From IMG/VR virus record IMGVR_UViG_3300020577_009925: DNA of 20,000 nt. One strand, 5' to 3'. The DNA is from an uncultured virus (IMG/VR IMGVR_UViG_3300020577_009925). Lineage: Duplodnaviria; Heunggongvirae; Uroviricota; Caudoviricetes. Under the pieces are notes generated by a model. The model did no database searches. It was not told the origin of the DNA and was given only the letters and a program-made list of their open reading frames with translations. Below are positions 7,530-15,676 of the stretch, in pieces (position 1 is the stretch's first letter; every line of letters begins with the position of its first letter). Made by a program: the position numbers and the translations under genes.

Positions 7530-7872
7530 CAGCAGCCGGTACAGACTTCTTCCTGCCCCTCTTACCCTTTTTCGGAATCGCGTTGGGATTTGGCGGCGGT
7601 CCGAGATTTGACTCCGGTACATCACTATCGGCCGGCTTGGGTGGTCCCTGAGGACTATCCGAAACGTCTGCGATGATGTAGCTGTCGGTGTTAGCGTCAA
7701 AGTCTAGAATCCTTGTTGTTTTTCCCTCAATGTCTGCAAAGAGAATGCAGCCGCTTCGAAGGAGCGTAGTTACAGCCCGTCTGGCACGCTCAAGCTCGAT
7801 AGGATCAGCCTTATCAAACTTGAGCGTCAAATGTCCGTCGCCCACTGATAAAATATCTAACGTTCCACTCAC
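7489..7872 (-). CDS. Small protein ending in C-terminal di-glycine (…VPIRAGG*), candidate ubiquitin-like/sulfur-carrier-like modifier
   Basis: GTG 7872 in GTGA overlap, GAAGGAAG SD; compact beta-beta-alpha-beta-like N-domain, Pro/Lys-rich insert, terminal hydrophobic strand followed by GG and the stop. Confidence 0.75.
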   Translation of the reverse strand: MSGTLDILSVGDGHLTLKFDKADPIELERARRAVTTLLRSGCILFADIEGKTTRILDFDANTDSYIIADVSDSPQGPPKPADSDVPESNLGPPPNPNAIPKKGKRGRKKSVPAADVKVTSVPIRAGG

Positions 7873-8300
7873 TGGTCTTCCTTCACGCTCGTAGTTAATA
7901 GCTTGGCGATCTTCGTAGCTAACGCATACTGCCTCTTGTTGATCGCCGCATCCTGCCTTGTAGTTAGGTGCATGATCCTGCAAACTTCATGCTCGTTGAT
8001 GTCCACCACCTTCAAATGAGCTTGAGGCGCTGCGTCTGGGTCAGACATATCGTCAAACCAGCCATTCACAGCAAACGGAGGCTCATAATCATTAAGGGGG
8101 TCGTCCGGAAACAACTGATAAGCGAGCATCGCAGCAAACACCACCTGGTTGCCCAGATGCAAACAGGCTTTTGCTTCTTGCTTCAAAGCCTCTGGATTAA
8201 CCAACTCTTCAGCAGAACAGGTGGTCTCAAACGTATATTTCCTCCACGTTCCGTCAGCATACGCAATACCGACAGTAGTCTTTCCCTTACGATTACTCAT
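7869..8300 (-). CDS. Hypothetical protein
   Basis: ATGA overlap, GGAGG SD; 143-aa ORF. Confidence 0.8.
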   Translation of the reverse strand: MSNRKGKTTVGIAYADGTWRKYTFETTCSAEELVNPEALKQEAKACLHLGNQVVFAAMLAYQLFPDDPLNDYEPPFAVNGWFDDMSDPDAAPQAHLKVVDINEHEVCRIMHLTTRQDAAINKRQYALATKIAKLLTTSVKEDQ

Positions 8301-8731
8301 GTCACCTCCCAGGGTCTAATAAGTTCAACACCCTCCTGCGTCGCATCGGATCGCTCCAGCAGTAAACGATAGCCGACGTGATATCTCTGCGGAGAGTGAG
8401 AGAAAATCGTCGCATCTGGCTCCAAGTTGTTGGGGTCAGAAGCTAGATAAGCCACAACCCGGTCCCGGAACTGCTTTTGAGTTCGCCAACCTGACATCTC
8501 ATTCTCCAGCTCCGCCTGCTGCTGCCTGGCTATCGATTCAACGCTACCACTGTAACGGCGGTCCTGAACCTCTTCGATCGTTGGTGGATCACCACAATCG
8601 TACAGCGTTTCTTCGAGTCGCTCTTTGAGAACAGCACGGCAAACCTTATCCATCTTCGCTGACGTCGATACGTTGTAGTACACCGGATCACTGTCCGTCT
8701 TAAGCATCAGCACAGCAATCTGCTTACTCAT
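8297..8731 (-). CDS. Hypothetical protein
   Basis: ATGAGTAA overlap; 144-aa ORF. Confidence 0.75.
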   Translation of the reverse strand: MSKQIAVLMLKTDSDPVYYNVSTSAKMDKVCRAVLKERLEETLYDCGDPPTIEEVQDRRYSGSVESIARQQQAELENEMSGWRTQKQFRDRVVAYLASDPNNLEPDATIFSHSPQRYHVGYRLLLERSDATQEGVELIRPWEVT

Positions 8732-9113
8732 CTAGCGAGTCCCTAATTGGATGGCCAAACTGCATCCCAGCCAGTTGCACACTGCAAACAGCATCGTGGA
8801 AAAACAGCGGAAACTCCTTCGCGATGTAACCGGCATCAACGAACTCAAAGAACAGCTGTTTCATCGCAGCTTCATCAGCGTCCTTAGGCTCTTGCTCCCG
8901 CCACTGCTGAAGATTACGTCCTAGTGGAATACAGGCACAGTCATAATTGACCAGCATCTCGTAAACCATGTCCTCAAGTCGAAGCCGCTCCTTCGCCATC
9001 GGCGTGTCCCATTTGACACAGGCAATGAGCAGCTCATACGCCTTCTCACTTGGACGAATAGTCGGCAACACCCGCTCCGCGTTCTCGTCCGTATCGTAGT
9101 AATGTCTACTCAT
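8724..9113 (-). CDS. Hypothetical protein
   Basis: ATGA overlap, GGAG SD; 129-aa ORF. Confidence 0.75.
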   Translation of the reverse strand: MSRHYYDTDENAERVLPTIRPSEKAYELLIACVKWDTPMAKERLRLEDMVYEMLVNYDCACIPLGRNLQQWREQEPKDADEAAMKQLFFEFVDAGYIAKEFPLFFHDAVCSVQLAGMQFGHPIRDSLDE

Positions 9114-9415
9114 CTCGTCTGCTCCGCGTTTGTTTGACTTTCCTGAGCTTCAGCCGCCTGGATAATCTCCTTGGCCAACTGCCCTCGGACTTCCATCTCT
9201 CGCTTACGTCTGACGCACTCGGTCTTGAACCTGGCAATCTGATTATCGATCGTCTTGCACTTCAAGCACACACGATGATGAACAAGCCGTTTAAGTCCAT
9301 ACGACTGGACCAAAAGTGGCAGCTCAAAACTCCATAGAATGCGATTCTTGTCTTCGCTCGCAACGTAGTGCCAGTCGTGGTCGTCAATCAAACCAAACAA
9401 TTTGGTACAGCCCAT
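9110..9415 (-). CDS. Hypothetical protein with possible Zn ribbon (C...HDW...CLKC) and C-terminal coiled coil
   Basis: ATG abuts the upstream TAG; GAGGGGG SD; potential Cys/His ligands. Confidence 0.7.
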   Translation of the reverse strand: MGCTKLFGLIDDHDWHYVASEDKNRILWSFELPLLVQSYGLKRLVHHRVCLKCKTIDNQIARFKTECVRRKREMEVRGQLAKEIIQAAEAQESQTNAEQTR

Positions 9416-9844
9416 CTACCACCCCCTCAGCCACATGCCCAGAATCGCCATCGCCAAAATGACAACAGCAATCAGGATCTCGGCGGTGCTAGGTCTAGCT
9501 GCGACGTCTAAAGTTTCTACCGGCGGCTCGACCTTCTCCGCATGCGCAGCATCCCACTGGTCAAGCCTTTCAGCAATCCAGTCGTCAGCCTCTCGCTTGG
9601 AGAGAAATCCCATCTGTAGCCACCCGTTCTCGCTCTGCATGCTGTAAGACCAGGGCCGAGGATTGCCGTTGTCGCGGTAGAACGGTCCGCGAACATAACC
9701 ATTGGGAAATGGCACGAAGTTCCGGTTGCTGTCCACGTAGCCCTCGTAATGACCCCCTTGCTTGAACACGTAGCCCTGGGCAACCATCATCTGGTCAAGT
9801 TTGGCGTTGTGCTCTCTGATCCGCTCTTGAATTGTTTTGGTCAT
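9416..9844 (-). CDS. Hypothetical protein with C-terminal transmembrane anchor
   Basis: C-terminal ILIAVVILAMAILGMWL hydrophobic helix; ATG abuts the upstream TAG. Confidence 0.75.
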   Translation of the reverse strand: MTKTIQERIREHNAKLDQMMVAQGYVFKQGGHYEGYVDSNRNFVPFPNGYVRGPFYRDNGNPRPWSYSMQSENGWLQMGFLSKREADDWIAERLDQWDAAHAEKVEPPVETLDVAARPSTAEILIAVVILAMAILGMWLRGW

Positions 9845-10036
9845 CTATCCAACCCAATCTTGGTCGATGATCAGATCACCATCGTCACACATCAAAGAGA
9901 CCCCCTGAGGATTTCCTGGCTCTTCTCCATCGTTCTCCGCGGACACTGCCGCCTGCCATTTTCTAACGGCTTCAGCGTAGTTCTCTGCAACAACGAATCC
10001 TGGGCGATCTGAATCCTGCACGTGAAATAGTGGCAT
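9845..10036 (-). CDS. Small acidic hypothetical protein
   Basis: ATG with AGGAGG SD; 63 aa. Confidence 0.75.
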   Translation of the reverse strand: MPLFHVQDSDRPGFVVAENYAEAVRKWQAAVSAENDGEEPGNPQGVSLMCDDGDLIIDQDWVG

Positions 10037-10069
10037 CTTAGCCTCCTATTAGGAATGTGATTGAGTTGC

Positions 10070-10285
10070 TCAATCCTGAACAACCACGTAGTAACGACCG
10101 TCTGAGTCTGTTCCCAGACTCTCTCCGTCTTTGAGCTCCGGCGGACCAATAGAGATCTCCTGGGCGGCTATCTTCTCACCAATCAATTCACCTAGCTCCT
10201 CTTCGGAACAGGTTTCCAGATCTCGGTAATAGTCAATAGCCGCCCCGAAGCTCACAAAATTCGGCGTGCCGAATCTAGTCGCCAC
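10070..10285 (-). CDS. Small hypothetical phage protein (FGTPNFVS...AIDYY...ISIGPP...DGRY)
   Basis: GTG start overlapping the upstream gene end; 71 aa. Confidence 0.7.
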   Translation of the reverse strand: MATRFGTPNFVSFGAAIDYYRDLETCSEEELGELIGEKIAAQEISIGPPELKDGESLGTDSDGRYYVVVQD

Positions 10286-10982
10286 TGGTTTGATCTTCCG
10301 ACTCTTCTACGACAGTGCCGTCGACGGTGACGCCAATGGGTGACGTTCCCAAGTACAAATGCCCGCCAGCTACGTCTTGCACTGCAGCCAGAACGTTGGC
10401 GTAATGCTCTGGGTTAGCAGCCAGCGTTTTGGCAGTAAACGCCGCCAGCAGTTTCGAAGCCATCTCGTCGCGATCGGCGATCATCGCCTCTCGCTCAGCA
10501 ATGTAGCGGTACGCTGCGTTGTCCTGCTTGATCAGCGAGTTATAAGCTGCCCGTTTAGCTTCTGGCACTGTATACGTGGCCTGTAGCTGAAGACCTTCGG
10601 CTGCCGCCTCGAAACAATCAGACAGCTCAACACCGTTAATGTCGACGCAGTTACCGTCATCGTCTGTTTCGATCGCAACAAAAATCTTTACGTTACCATG
10701 CGGCTCAGACAGAGACAGCGAGTAAAACCCGATACTCCAATCGGCGAACTCGTCATGGAACTCACACAGTGCCTCCATGACTGACACAAACTTCGCCGAA
10801 TATCGTTTGGTAATATCAGCCTTGATCTCGAGGTTCAACTCCTCTCGCAAGGTCTCTATCTGCGATCGCAACTGCTCTCGCTCTCTCGACTTAGCTTCGA
10901 TCTCCAGCTCCAGCTCGGCAACTCGCTGCACTACGAGCAGGTTTACGACCTCGCTGTTCCCAATTTGAATATTTAGACTCAT
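10275..10982 (-). CDS. Hypothetical coiled-coil protein
   Basis: Heptad-rich N-terminal segment (ELELEIEAKSREREQLRSQIETLREEL); 235 aa. Confidence 0.75.
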   Translation of the reverse strand: MSLNIQIGNSEVVNLLVVQRVAELELEIEAKSREREQLRSQIETLREELNLEIKADITKRYSAKFVSVMEALCEFHDEFADWSIGFYSLSLSEPHGNVKIFVAIETDDDGNCVDINGVELSDCFEAAAEGLQLQATYTVPEAKRAAYNSLIKQDNAAYRYIAEREAMIADRDEMASKLLAAFTAKTLAANPEHYANVLAAVQDVAGGHLYLGTSPIGVTVDGTVVEESEDQTSGD

Positions 10983-11017
10983 ACTTCCGTTCCAGTTCTT
11001 GTTAATTGTGATAGTTC

Positions 11018-11031
11018 AGACAGCGCCGTCT
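11018..11031. repeat. Variant of the palindromic element (AGACAGCGCCGTCT, one mismatch in the 12-bp core)
   Basis: Core GACAGCGCCGTC at 11019-11030 lies immediately downstream of the stop of the 406-aa gene, in an intergenic gap. Confidence 0.6.
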
Positions 11032-12251
11032 TAGATGTGGCAATCGACAATGGTGAGATAGTGATCGTTTGGAATGCTGTCGAAGATCTGCTTGAAAACC
11101 TTCGGCCAATCCTCAACCTCGTTGGTTGAAGTTCCAAACCAACCCATCTCACCGTTTTGCATCCACTTTCCGTCTTTGACAACCGCCCAAACCGTTAGCG
11201 GCTCGGCCTGCCGCACCCACTGCTCAATCGTCTGGCCCTTCAGCTCAGGCAATTGCCAAGTGGATTCCCAAACGTCTGCTGCGTACTTGGCGTCTTCAGG
11301 AAGCCACTCCAAGAACATGGATCGATAAGCACCGCCCTTAGGTCTTTGATCCTCTGGCAAGGCCTTCCAGATCTCATGATGCTCCTCACACAGATGAATC
11401 GCCCGCTCCATCTCTGGTCGCGTGACAACTCGCTGTTTCTTCTTGAGCACCTGGTCAATGCAGTCATCGAGCCACTTGTAGCCGTTGGACATCTGGAGGG
11501 CGTGCATGGCGTTGATATCCAAATCTCCCTTGCGGGAACTATCACAACGGCCCGGTATCCGTCCGTTGATGAAACCTGGATAGATCATGTCGATGATGTT
11601 GACAATAGCCTGCTCAAGTGAGGACGACGCTCCGCAGGGAGCGTTGCTGATGAACTTGCCGGTGTAACGCCCGCCAACACTCCACCAATCCCACTGGGCG
11701 TTAGGATTGGTTCGCTTGATGACTCGTTGAACATCGCCGTTTTCGTCCAAACGGATGTAGCCGTACTTATGCTCCCCATCCAATTCTGGAGACTCAGCAG
11801 TCGCAATCGACTCATATCCTGTGTTACTGATCACGAACTCCAAAAACGTCATCGCCTCGTTTAACTTCTTGTCAAGCTCAATAGCACCTTCTGGCAAGAA
11901 GTGAACTCTCGCGGCGTAGCCTCGGCCGTCACCCCAATCACGACTGGTCCAAAACAAACCATCGCCTTGCCCAGTTCCGGCGATCGGTCCGATCTTCTTG
12001 GACTCCTCTTCTGTCGGCACGCGAAAAAACTGATCATCCCATTTGACGTGCTCAGTGCCGTCAGCCAGCCGAATCATCGGCTGCGTCTCCCTCTCGTATT
12101 CATCCTGAAGCGATTGGGTTCGGTCTACGTCTACAACATATTCATTTCGCACACCAGTGCACTCGAACTCGTGATACGGTCCAAGCACCTTATCGAGAAC
12201 CTTACCTGTTGGCGGCTCACTGGTGACGACTAGAACTGAAAAGTGGCTCAT
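11031..12251 (-). CDS. Phage hypothetical protein (MSHFSVLVV / NPNAQWDWWSVGGRY / GEMGWFG / VDCHI type)
   Basis: Trp/Gly-rich motif blocks recalled from an uncharacterised phage protein family; ATGA overlap, GAGGA SD. Confidence 0.85.
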   Translation of the reverse strand: MSHFSVLVVTSEPPTGKVLDKVLGPYHEFECTGVRNEYVVDVDRTQSLQDEYERETQPMIRLADGTEHVKWDDQFFRVPTEEESKKIGPIAGTGQGDGLFWTSRDWGDGRGYAARVHFLPEGAIELDKKLNEAMTFLEFVISNTGYESIATAESPELDGEHKYGYIRLDENGDVQRVIKRTNPNAQWDWWSVGGRYTGKFISNAPCGASSSLEQAIVNIIDMIYPGFINGRIPGRCDSSRKGDLDINAMHALQMSNGYKWLDDCIDQVLKKKQRVVTRPEMERAIHLCEEHHEIWKALPEDQRPKGGAYRSMFLEWLPEDAKYAADVWESTWQLPELKGQTIEQWVRQAEPLTVWAVVKDGKWMQNGEMGWFGTSTNEVEDWPKVFKQIFDSIPNDHYLTIVDCHI

Positions 12252-12664
12252 TGTTTAGAGTCCTCTGCTAAATCTTCTTTGATCGAGGCAACCGTTCTTT
12301 CAAGACGGGCCAGGCTCTCCCGTCGCTCCTTCAAAATTCGCTCCGCCTGATCAATGGATGACCGGGCCAACTGAAGCTGCACGTCGTAGAAGGCGATTCT
12401 GGCCTTCCGCTGGTCTGGATAGTACTCACCGTCAAACCAGTCAGTAATGCTGCGATCATGGTGGTCTACGTCTAGGTAGTCAACAAAGCGAATGTGATCG
12501 CCTCGATGACAAACCAGAAGCTCGATCCGACCTTGGGCGCCAACACCGTGATCAGCCCTCAGCTCATACATCACGTGGTCCTCATACTGGCGGACCCCGA
12601 TAACGGAGAACTCCAGTATGTCCATACAGCAAGGTCGCCAAAGCCTGTCCTTGCATTTAAGCAT
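12248..12664 (-). CDS. Hypothetical protein with C-terminal coiled coil
   Basis: Likely start ATG 12664 (ATGCTTAA overlap with the upstream stop); the ORF-track TTG 12715 is less likely. Confidence 0.7.
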   Translation of the reverse strand: MLKCKDRLWRPCCMDILEFSVIGVRQYEDHVMYELRADHGVGAQGRIELLVCHRGDHIRFVDYLDVDHHDRSITDWFDGEYYPDQRKARIAFYDVQLQLARSSIDQAERILKERRESLARLERTVASIKEDLAEDSKQ

Positions 12665-13445
12665 TTCCATCAAGAAGCTCCGTTTGTGGGCCTTTGAGTC
12701 GACTGGCCTGCTCAAGTCCCATCGTGTGCAGCATCAAATCAATCTGCGCTGCAACCTCAGTCCGGACCTGCTGAACCGTCTCCTCCATCTGCTCCTCCAA
12801 CAACGTCTGCACAAAGGCGAAGTTCTTGGGGATATTTCCCAAACGACAGTCCAGCTCATGAAGAAGGGCTGTAACCTCTTTGAGCGTCGGTCGCTTGCCC
12901 TCTCTTTGCCAATTGGCAACGGTATTCCGGATGTTGAACAGCGATTCGATAGCATCGCGACCTGCCGCTTTGATCCGCTCGGACGCGTCGTTAACGTCAT
13001 CAACAAGATTCTCCGGCCCTTCAATCATCTCACCGCAGAAACGCCCAAGTGTCGCCGGAACACCCTCGCCACCAAAGGACGTGATAAGGGTAGCGAACTG
13101 AGAGGCTGTCATGTACACCGTGATTATCGTGCCACTCTCGTAGAGCCTGCGATTGCTACCGTCGCGGATGATCTCCTGAGCAGTATGAATGCTCAGCGAT
13201 ACATAGTGCTGGTGATTGACCCTTGACTGCCAGAGCACCGCACCACTGCTGTGCGTGCGATTGAGCCTGACTACCGCCTGGTAAGGGGCCTCGATTCGAG
13301 TCTGCCCCTTATCGTCTACCGTTGTGCTGTGGGGCTTTACCGCTGCTCGATACGACCGGAGCTCTTCAAACACCGCCTGAGCCTGGGCGGCGGTCAGCTT
13401 GTTAGCCGCCACCGCCTCCAGTGGAACAAGCTTAGGCTGGGGCAT
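12657..13445 (-). CDS. Phage hypothetical protein (…VYMTASQFATLITSFGGEGVPATL…)
   Basis: 262-aa ORF overlapping the upstream stop; motif recalled from uncharacterised phage proteins; helical C-terminal half. Confidence 0.8.
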   Translation of the reverse strand: MPQPKLVPLEAVAANKLTAAQAQAVFEELRSYRAAVKPHSTTVDDKGQTRIEAPYQAVVRLNRTHSSGAVLWQSRVNHQHYVSLSIHTAQEIIRDGSNRRLYESGTIITVYMTASQFATLITSFGGEGVPATLGRFCGEMIEGPENLVDDVNDASERIKAAGRDAIESLFNIRNTVANWQREGKRPTLKEVTALLHELDCRLGNIPKNFAFVQTLLEEQMEETVQQVRTEVAAQIDLMLHTMGLEQASRLKGPQTELLDGNA

Positions 13446-13788
13446 CAATATTCGCCCCAGGTAGTGCCTTCTCAGCCAATCGAGCTGCGCGACGAAGCTG
13501 CCTCATCTTCCGATTAAACTTCCATCGCTCCCACCAGGTCGAACCAGTGCGGCCCTCCCGGATTCCTCTCACCAAGTCCCGCAATCGATTAGCCCAGTAA
13601 TGAGCACGATTGGCCTGCATCTTAAACTCGAACATGGCCGCAGCCAGCGAGTTCTTGATGATGGCGTTTTCCTTCTCAAGCTCTTGGCAGCGGCGATTAA
13701 GTCGCTGATTGGTTTCCACCATCTGCTGCCGAGTAGCTGAACAAAACTTCCAACCTTCTTGAGGCTTTTCCTTTTGAGTTTTACCCAT
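13432..13788 (-). CDS. Hypothetical basic coiled-coil protein
   Basis: ATG with AAGGAGAG SD; 118 aa. Confidence 0.75.
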   Translation of the reverse strand: MGKTQKEKPQEGWKFCSATRQQMVETNQRLNRRCQELEKENAIIKNSLAAAMFEFKMQANRAHYWANRLRDLVRGIREGRTGSTWWERWKFNRKMRQLRRAARLAEKALPGANIDAPA

Positions 13789-13805
13789 TACTCTCTCCTT
13801 GTTTA

Positions 13806-13820
13806 AGACAGCGCTGTCGC
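13806..13820 (+). repeat. Dispersed palindromic element AGACAGCGCTGTCGC, copy 3
   Basis: Exact 15-mer in a 36-bp intergenic gap between a TAG and an AAGGAG SD. Confidence 0.9.
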
Positions 13821-13824
13821 TGAA

Positions 13825-14088
13825 CTACGTCTTGGCCCACTTGAGCAAGTCAGCAATCTTCTGTTTGCCGACAGCCTCTCCATCGAAGCGGCCTATATGA
13901 TAAACCGCCCGAACCAGTTGTTCCACCTGGCGATGCAACTCAAGGTTGTAGGCTATCTCTTTGGTGGTCCTAATCGACGGCATGCTGTTGCCGTTGACCG
14001 AGATATTCATGACGAAAACGTCTGGCGGATCTTCGTCACTACCCTCGCCAGGCCATATGGAAACCCTAGGGTTCTCGTTTTTGCTCAC
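13825..14088 (-). CDS. Hypothetical protein
   Basis: GTGA overlap, GAGGG SD; 87 aa. Confidence 0.7.
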   Translation of the reverse strand: MSKNENPRVSIWPGEGSDEDPPDVFVMNISVNGNSMPSIRTTKEIAYNLELHRQVEQLVRAVYHIGRFDGEAVGKQKIADLLKWAKT

Positions 14089-14321
14089 ACGAACCCCTCG
14101 ATGTAATCCCGCATTTGCTTCTCGGTATTGAGCAACCCATTAACCAACAGTGGGAATCCCAAGTCCTGAATTATGGCCTTGAGATCGCGAGTTCCCTCAT
14201 GCTTCATCACGTCACTGGAAAAGGAATCAAACGCCTGTCGATAATCACCAGCCTCAACATACTGCATCGCCCTGTCCTTGCACCACTGAAGGTGCTCGGC
14301 CCTTGTCATTGGCTCTTTCAA
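14085..14321 (-). CDS. Small phage hypothetical protein (RAEHLQWCKDRAMQYV...KHEGT)
   Basis: Coupled to both neighbours by 4-nt overlaps; helical motif recalled from phage hypotheticals. Confidence 0.8.
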   Translation of the reverse strand: MKEPMTRAEHLQWCKDRAMQYVEAGDYRQAFDSFSSDVMKHEGTRDLKAIIQDLGFPLLVNGLLNTEKQMRDYIEGFV

Positions 14322-14779
14322 CTTAGCTTCCTCACCAGCTTGTCAAGCTTCTTGGCGATCTCTTTGGCTCCGACAATGAGCGTCTTCAGCTCTGTAGCTG
14401 CAGCCTTCTTTGCCATAGGCTCACGAGTTGGCACTGGTCGTTTCCACGCCGCACGTTTGCCCTTCTTTTTCTTCTTGGGCGGAAGTTTCTTTTTAACCTT
14501 CACCTCCTTGGGCAAGTACATCGCGTGATCAGGCAAGATCGTGATATTCGCCTCTGGATTTCCCGGTGTTTGGTGATCAGACAGATCCACCGCATAAGCG
14601 AAGCGGCCGACTTTGGCATAAGGTGCCAGATTTCCCTCAAGATCGTAAAAGGGCCCACAACAGCCGTCCGTCCTGGGCAAAATAGTATTCAACTTCTCCA
14701 GTCGATACCGCCCCAGGTCATACGTCTCGCCCTGGTTAGTTCCCTTTGGAAAGGTGTACACGCGAATTAAATCGTTCAT
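14318..14779 (-). CDS. Hypothetical protein with Lys-rich C-terminal region
   Basis: ATGA overlap, AAGGAG SD; KVKKKLPPKKKKKGKR tract. Confidence 0.75.
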   Translation of the reverse strand: MNDLIRVYTFPKGTNQGETYDLGRYRLEKLNTILPRTDGCCGPFYDLEGNLAPYAKVGRFAYAVDLSDHQTPGNPEANITILPDHAMYLPKEVKVKKKLPPKKKKKGKRAAWKRPVPTREPMAKKAAATELKTLIVGAKEIAKKLDKLVRKLS

Positions 14780-15381
14780 TTCTCTCCTTTGTTTTTGATT
14801 CCTAGTTCTTCATTATCCAGCTGAATGGCGCGGGCGAGCCAGAGTAGTGCCTGCCTGACACGCCCGTGACGTCCGCCGCCGATCCCTGTCCTGCAGCGAA
14901 TGCTGGGTAGTGGATAGGGCTTGCTACCTTCGTTCTGCACGTTCTCCCACTCCTGGGCGCTCAAGTGACAGTCACCGTCAGTAGCAACATATACCGAGAA
15001 ATAGGTAGCCTCGTTGGAGCCCTTGTCGTCGCAGTAGAACGTGTAGGCGTGGTTCATCTGCAGCCCCTCAGGCCACTGCGGACTGAGCACAAGGTTGTCT
15101 GGGGGAAGGCGATCACAGTTTACGTCTAAATACGCCAAGTGATCGTAACCCGCGAAGTCTGGAGGCTCGTCAGCATTGACAGCTAGATATATTCTTGGCT
15201 TATCGTCTTCGTCTTCATCGTCTTCATCCTCATCGTCTTCGTCGTTGTCCTCATCAAAGACAATCCCGCTGACTGGGATCATCTCAAAGGACTTCATCAT
15301 CGTCAAACCGACAGCAACCTCTTCAACAAGCTGCTCGTCGGTCATCTTCTGCGCAGCCCTCAGCACATCAATCCACCGCAT
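14776..15381 (-). CDS. Hypothetical protein with internal poly-acidic tract
   Basis: 201-aa ORF; DEDNDEDDEDEDDEDEDD tract. Confidence 0.75.
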   Translation of the reverse strand: MRWIDVLRAAQKMTDEQLVEEVAVGLTMMKSFEMIPVSGIVFDEDNDEDDEDEDDEDEDDKPRIYLAVNADEPPDFAGYDHLAYLDVNCDRLPPDNLVLSPQWPEGLQMNHAYTFYCDDKGSNEATYFSVYVATDGDCHLSAQEWENVQNEGSKPYPLPSIRCRTGIGGGRHGRVRQALLWLARAIQLDNEELGIKNKGEK

Positions 15382-15676
15382 CAGGTAGTTCTCCTACAGG
15401 TAATTGCCCAATCGCACAAACAGTTCCTGAAGCCAAACCGTTGATCGTAAACGGCGTCTCCATCAGTGTTCTACACGTGTTGTTGGGCCCATAAGCCAGA
15501 ACATACATCCGTCCAAACTGCGAAGAACCCATCAACTGGTTCTCCAGCAGCATCCAGCCCTCAGGACTAAAGTTAGACTTCTGAGCCTGAAGAACCATCA
15601 AGAGCGACTGTGGATCACTATCCTGTCGCTCGCAGTACTGCTGAGCCAACTCCTTGAAAGTCAGGTTTGGAATCAC
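15368..15676 (-). CDS. Hypothetical protein
   Basis: GTGA overlap; 102 aa. Confidence 0.7.
   Translation of the reverse strand: MIPNLTFKELAQQYCERQDSDPQSLLMVLQAQKSNFSPEGWMLLENQLMGSSQFGRMYVLAYGPNNTCRTLMETPFTINGLASGTVCAIGQLPVGELPDAVD

Noticed and set aside
7530..7983. Long N-terminal extensions given by the ORF track (7700, 7983; likewise 3268, 3978, 5527, 1913)
   Set aside because: They create large overlaps or cross hairpins; downstream starts mostly have SD sites and/or canonical short overlaps.
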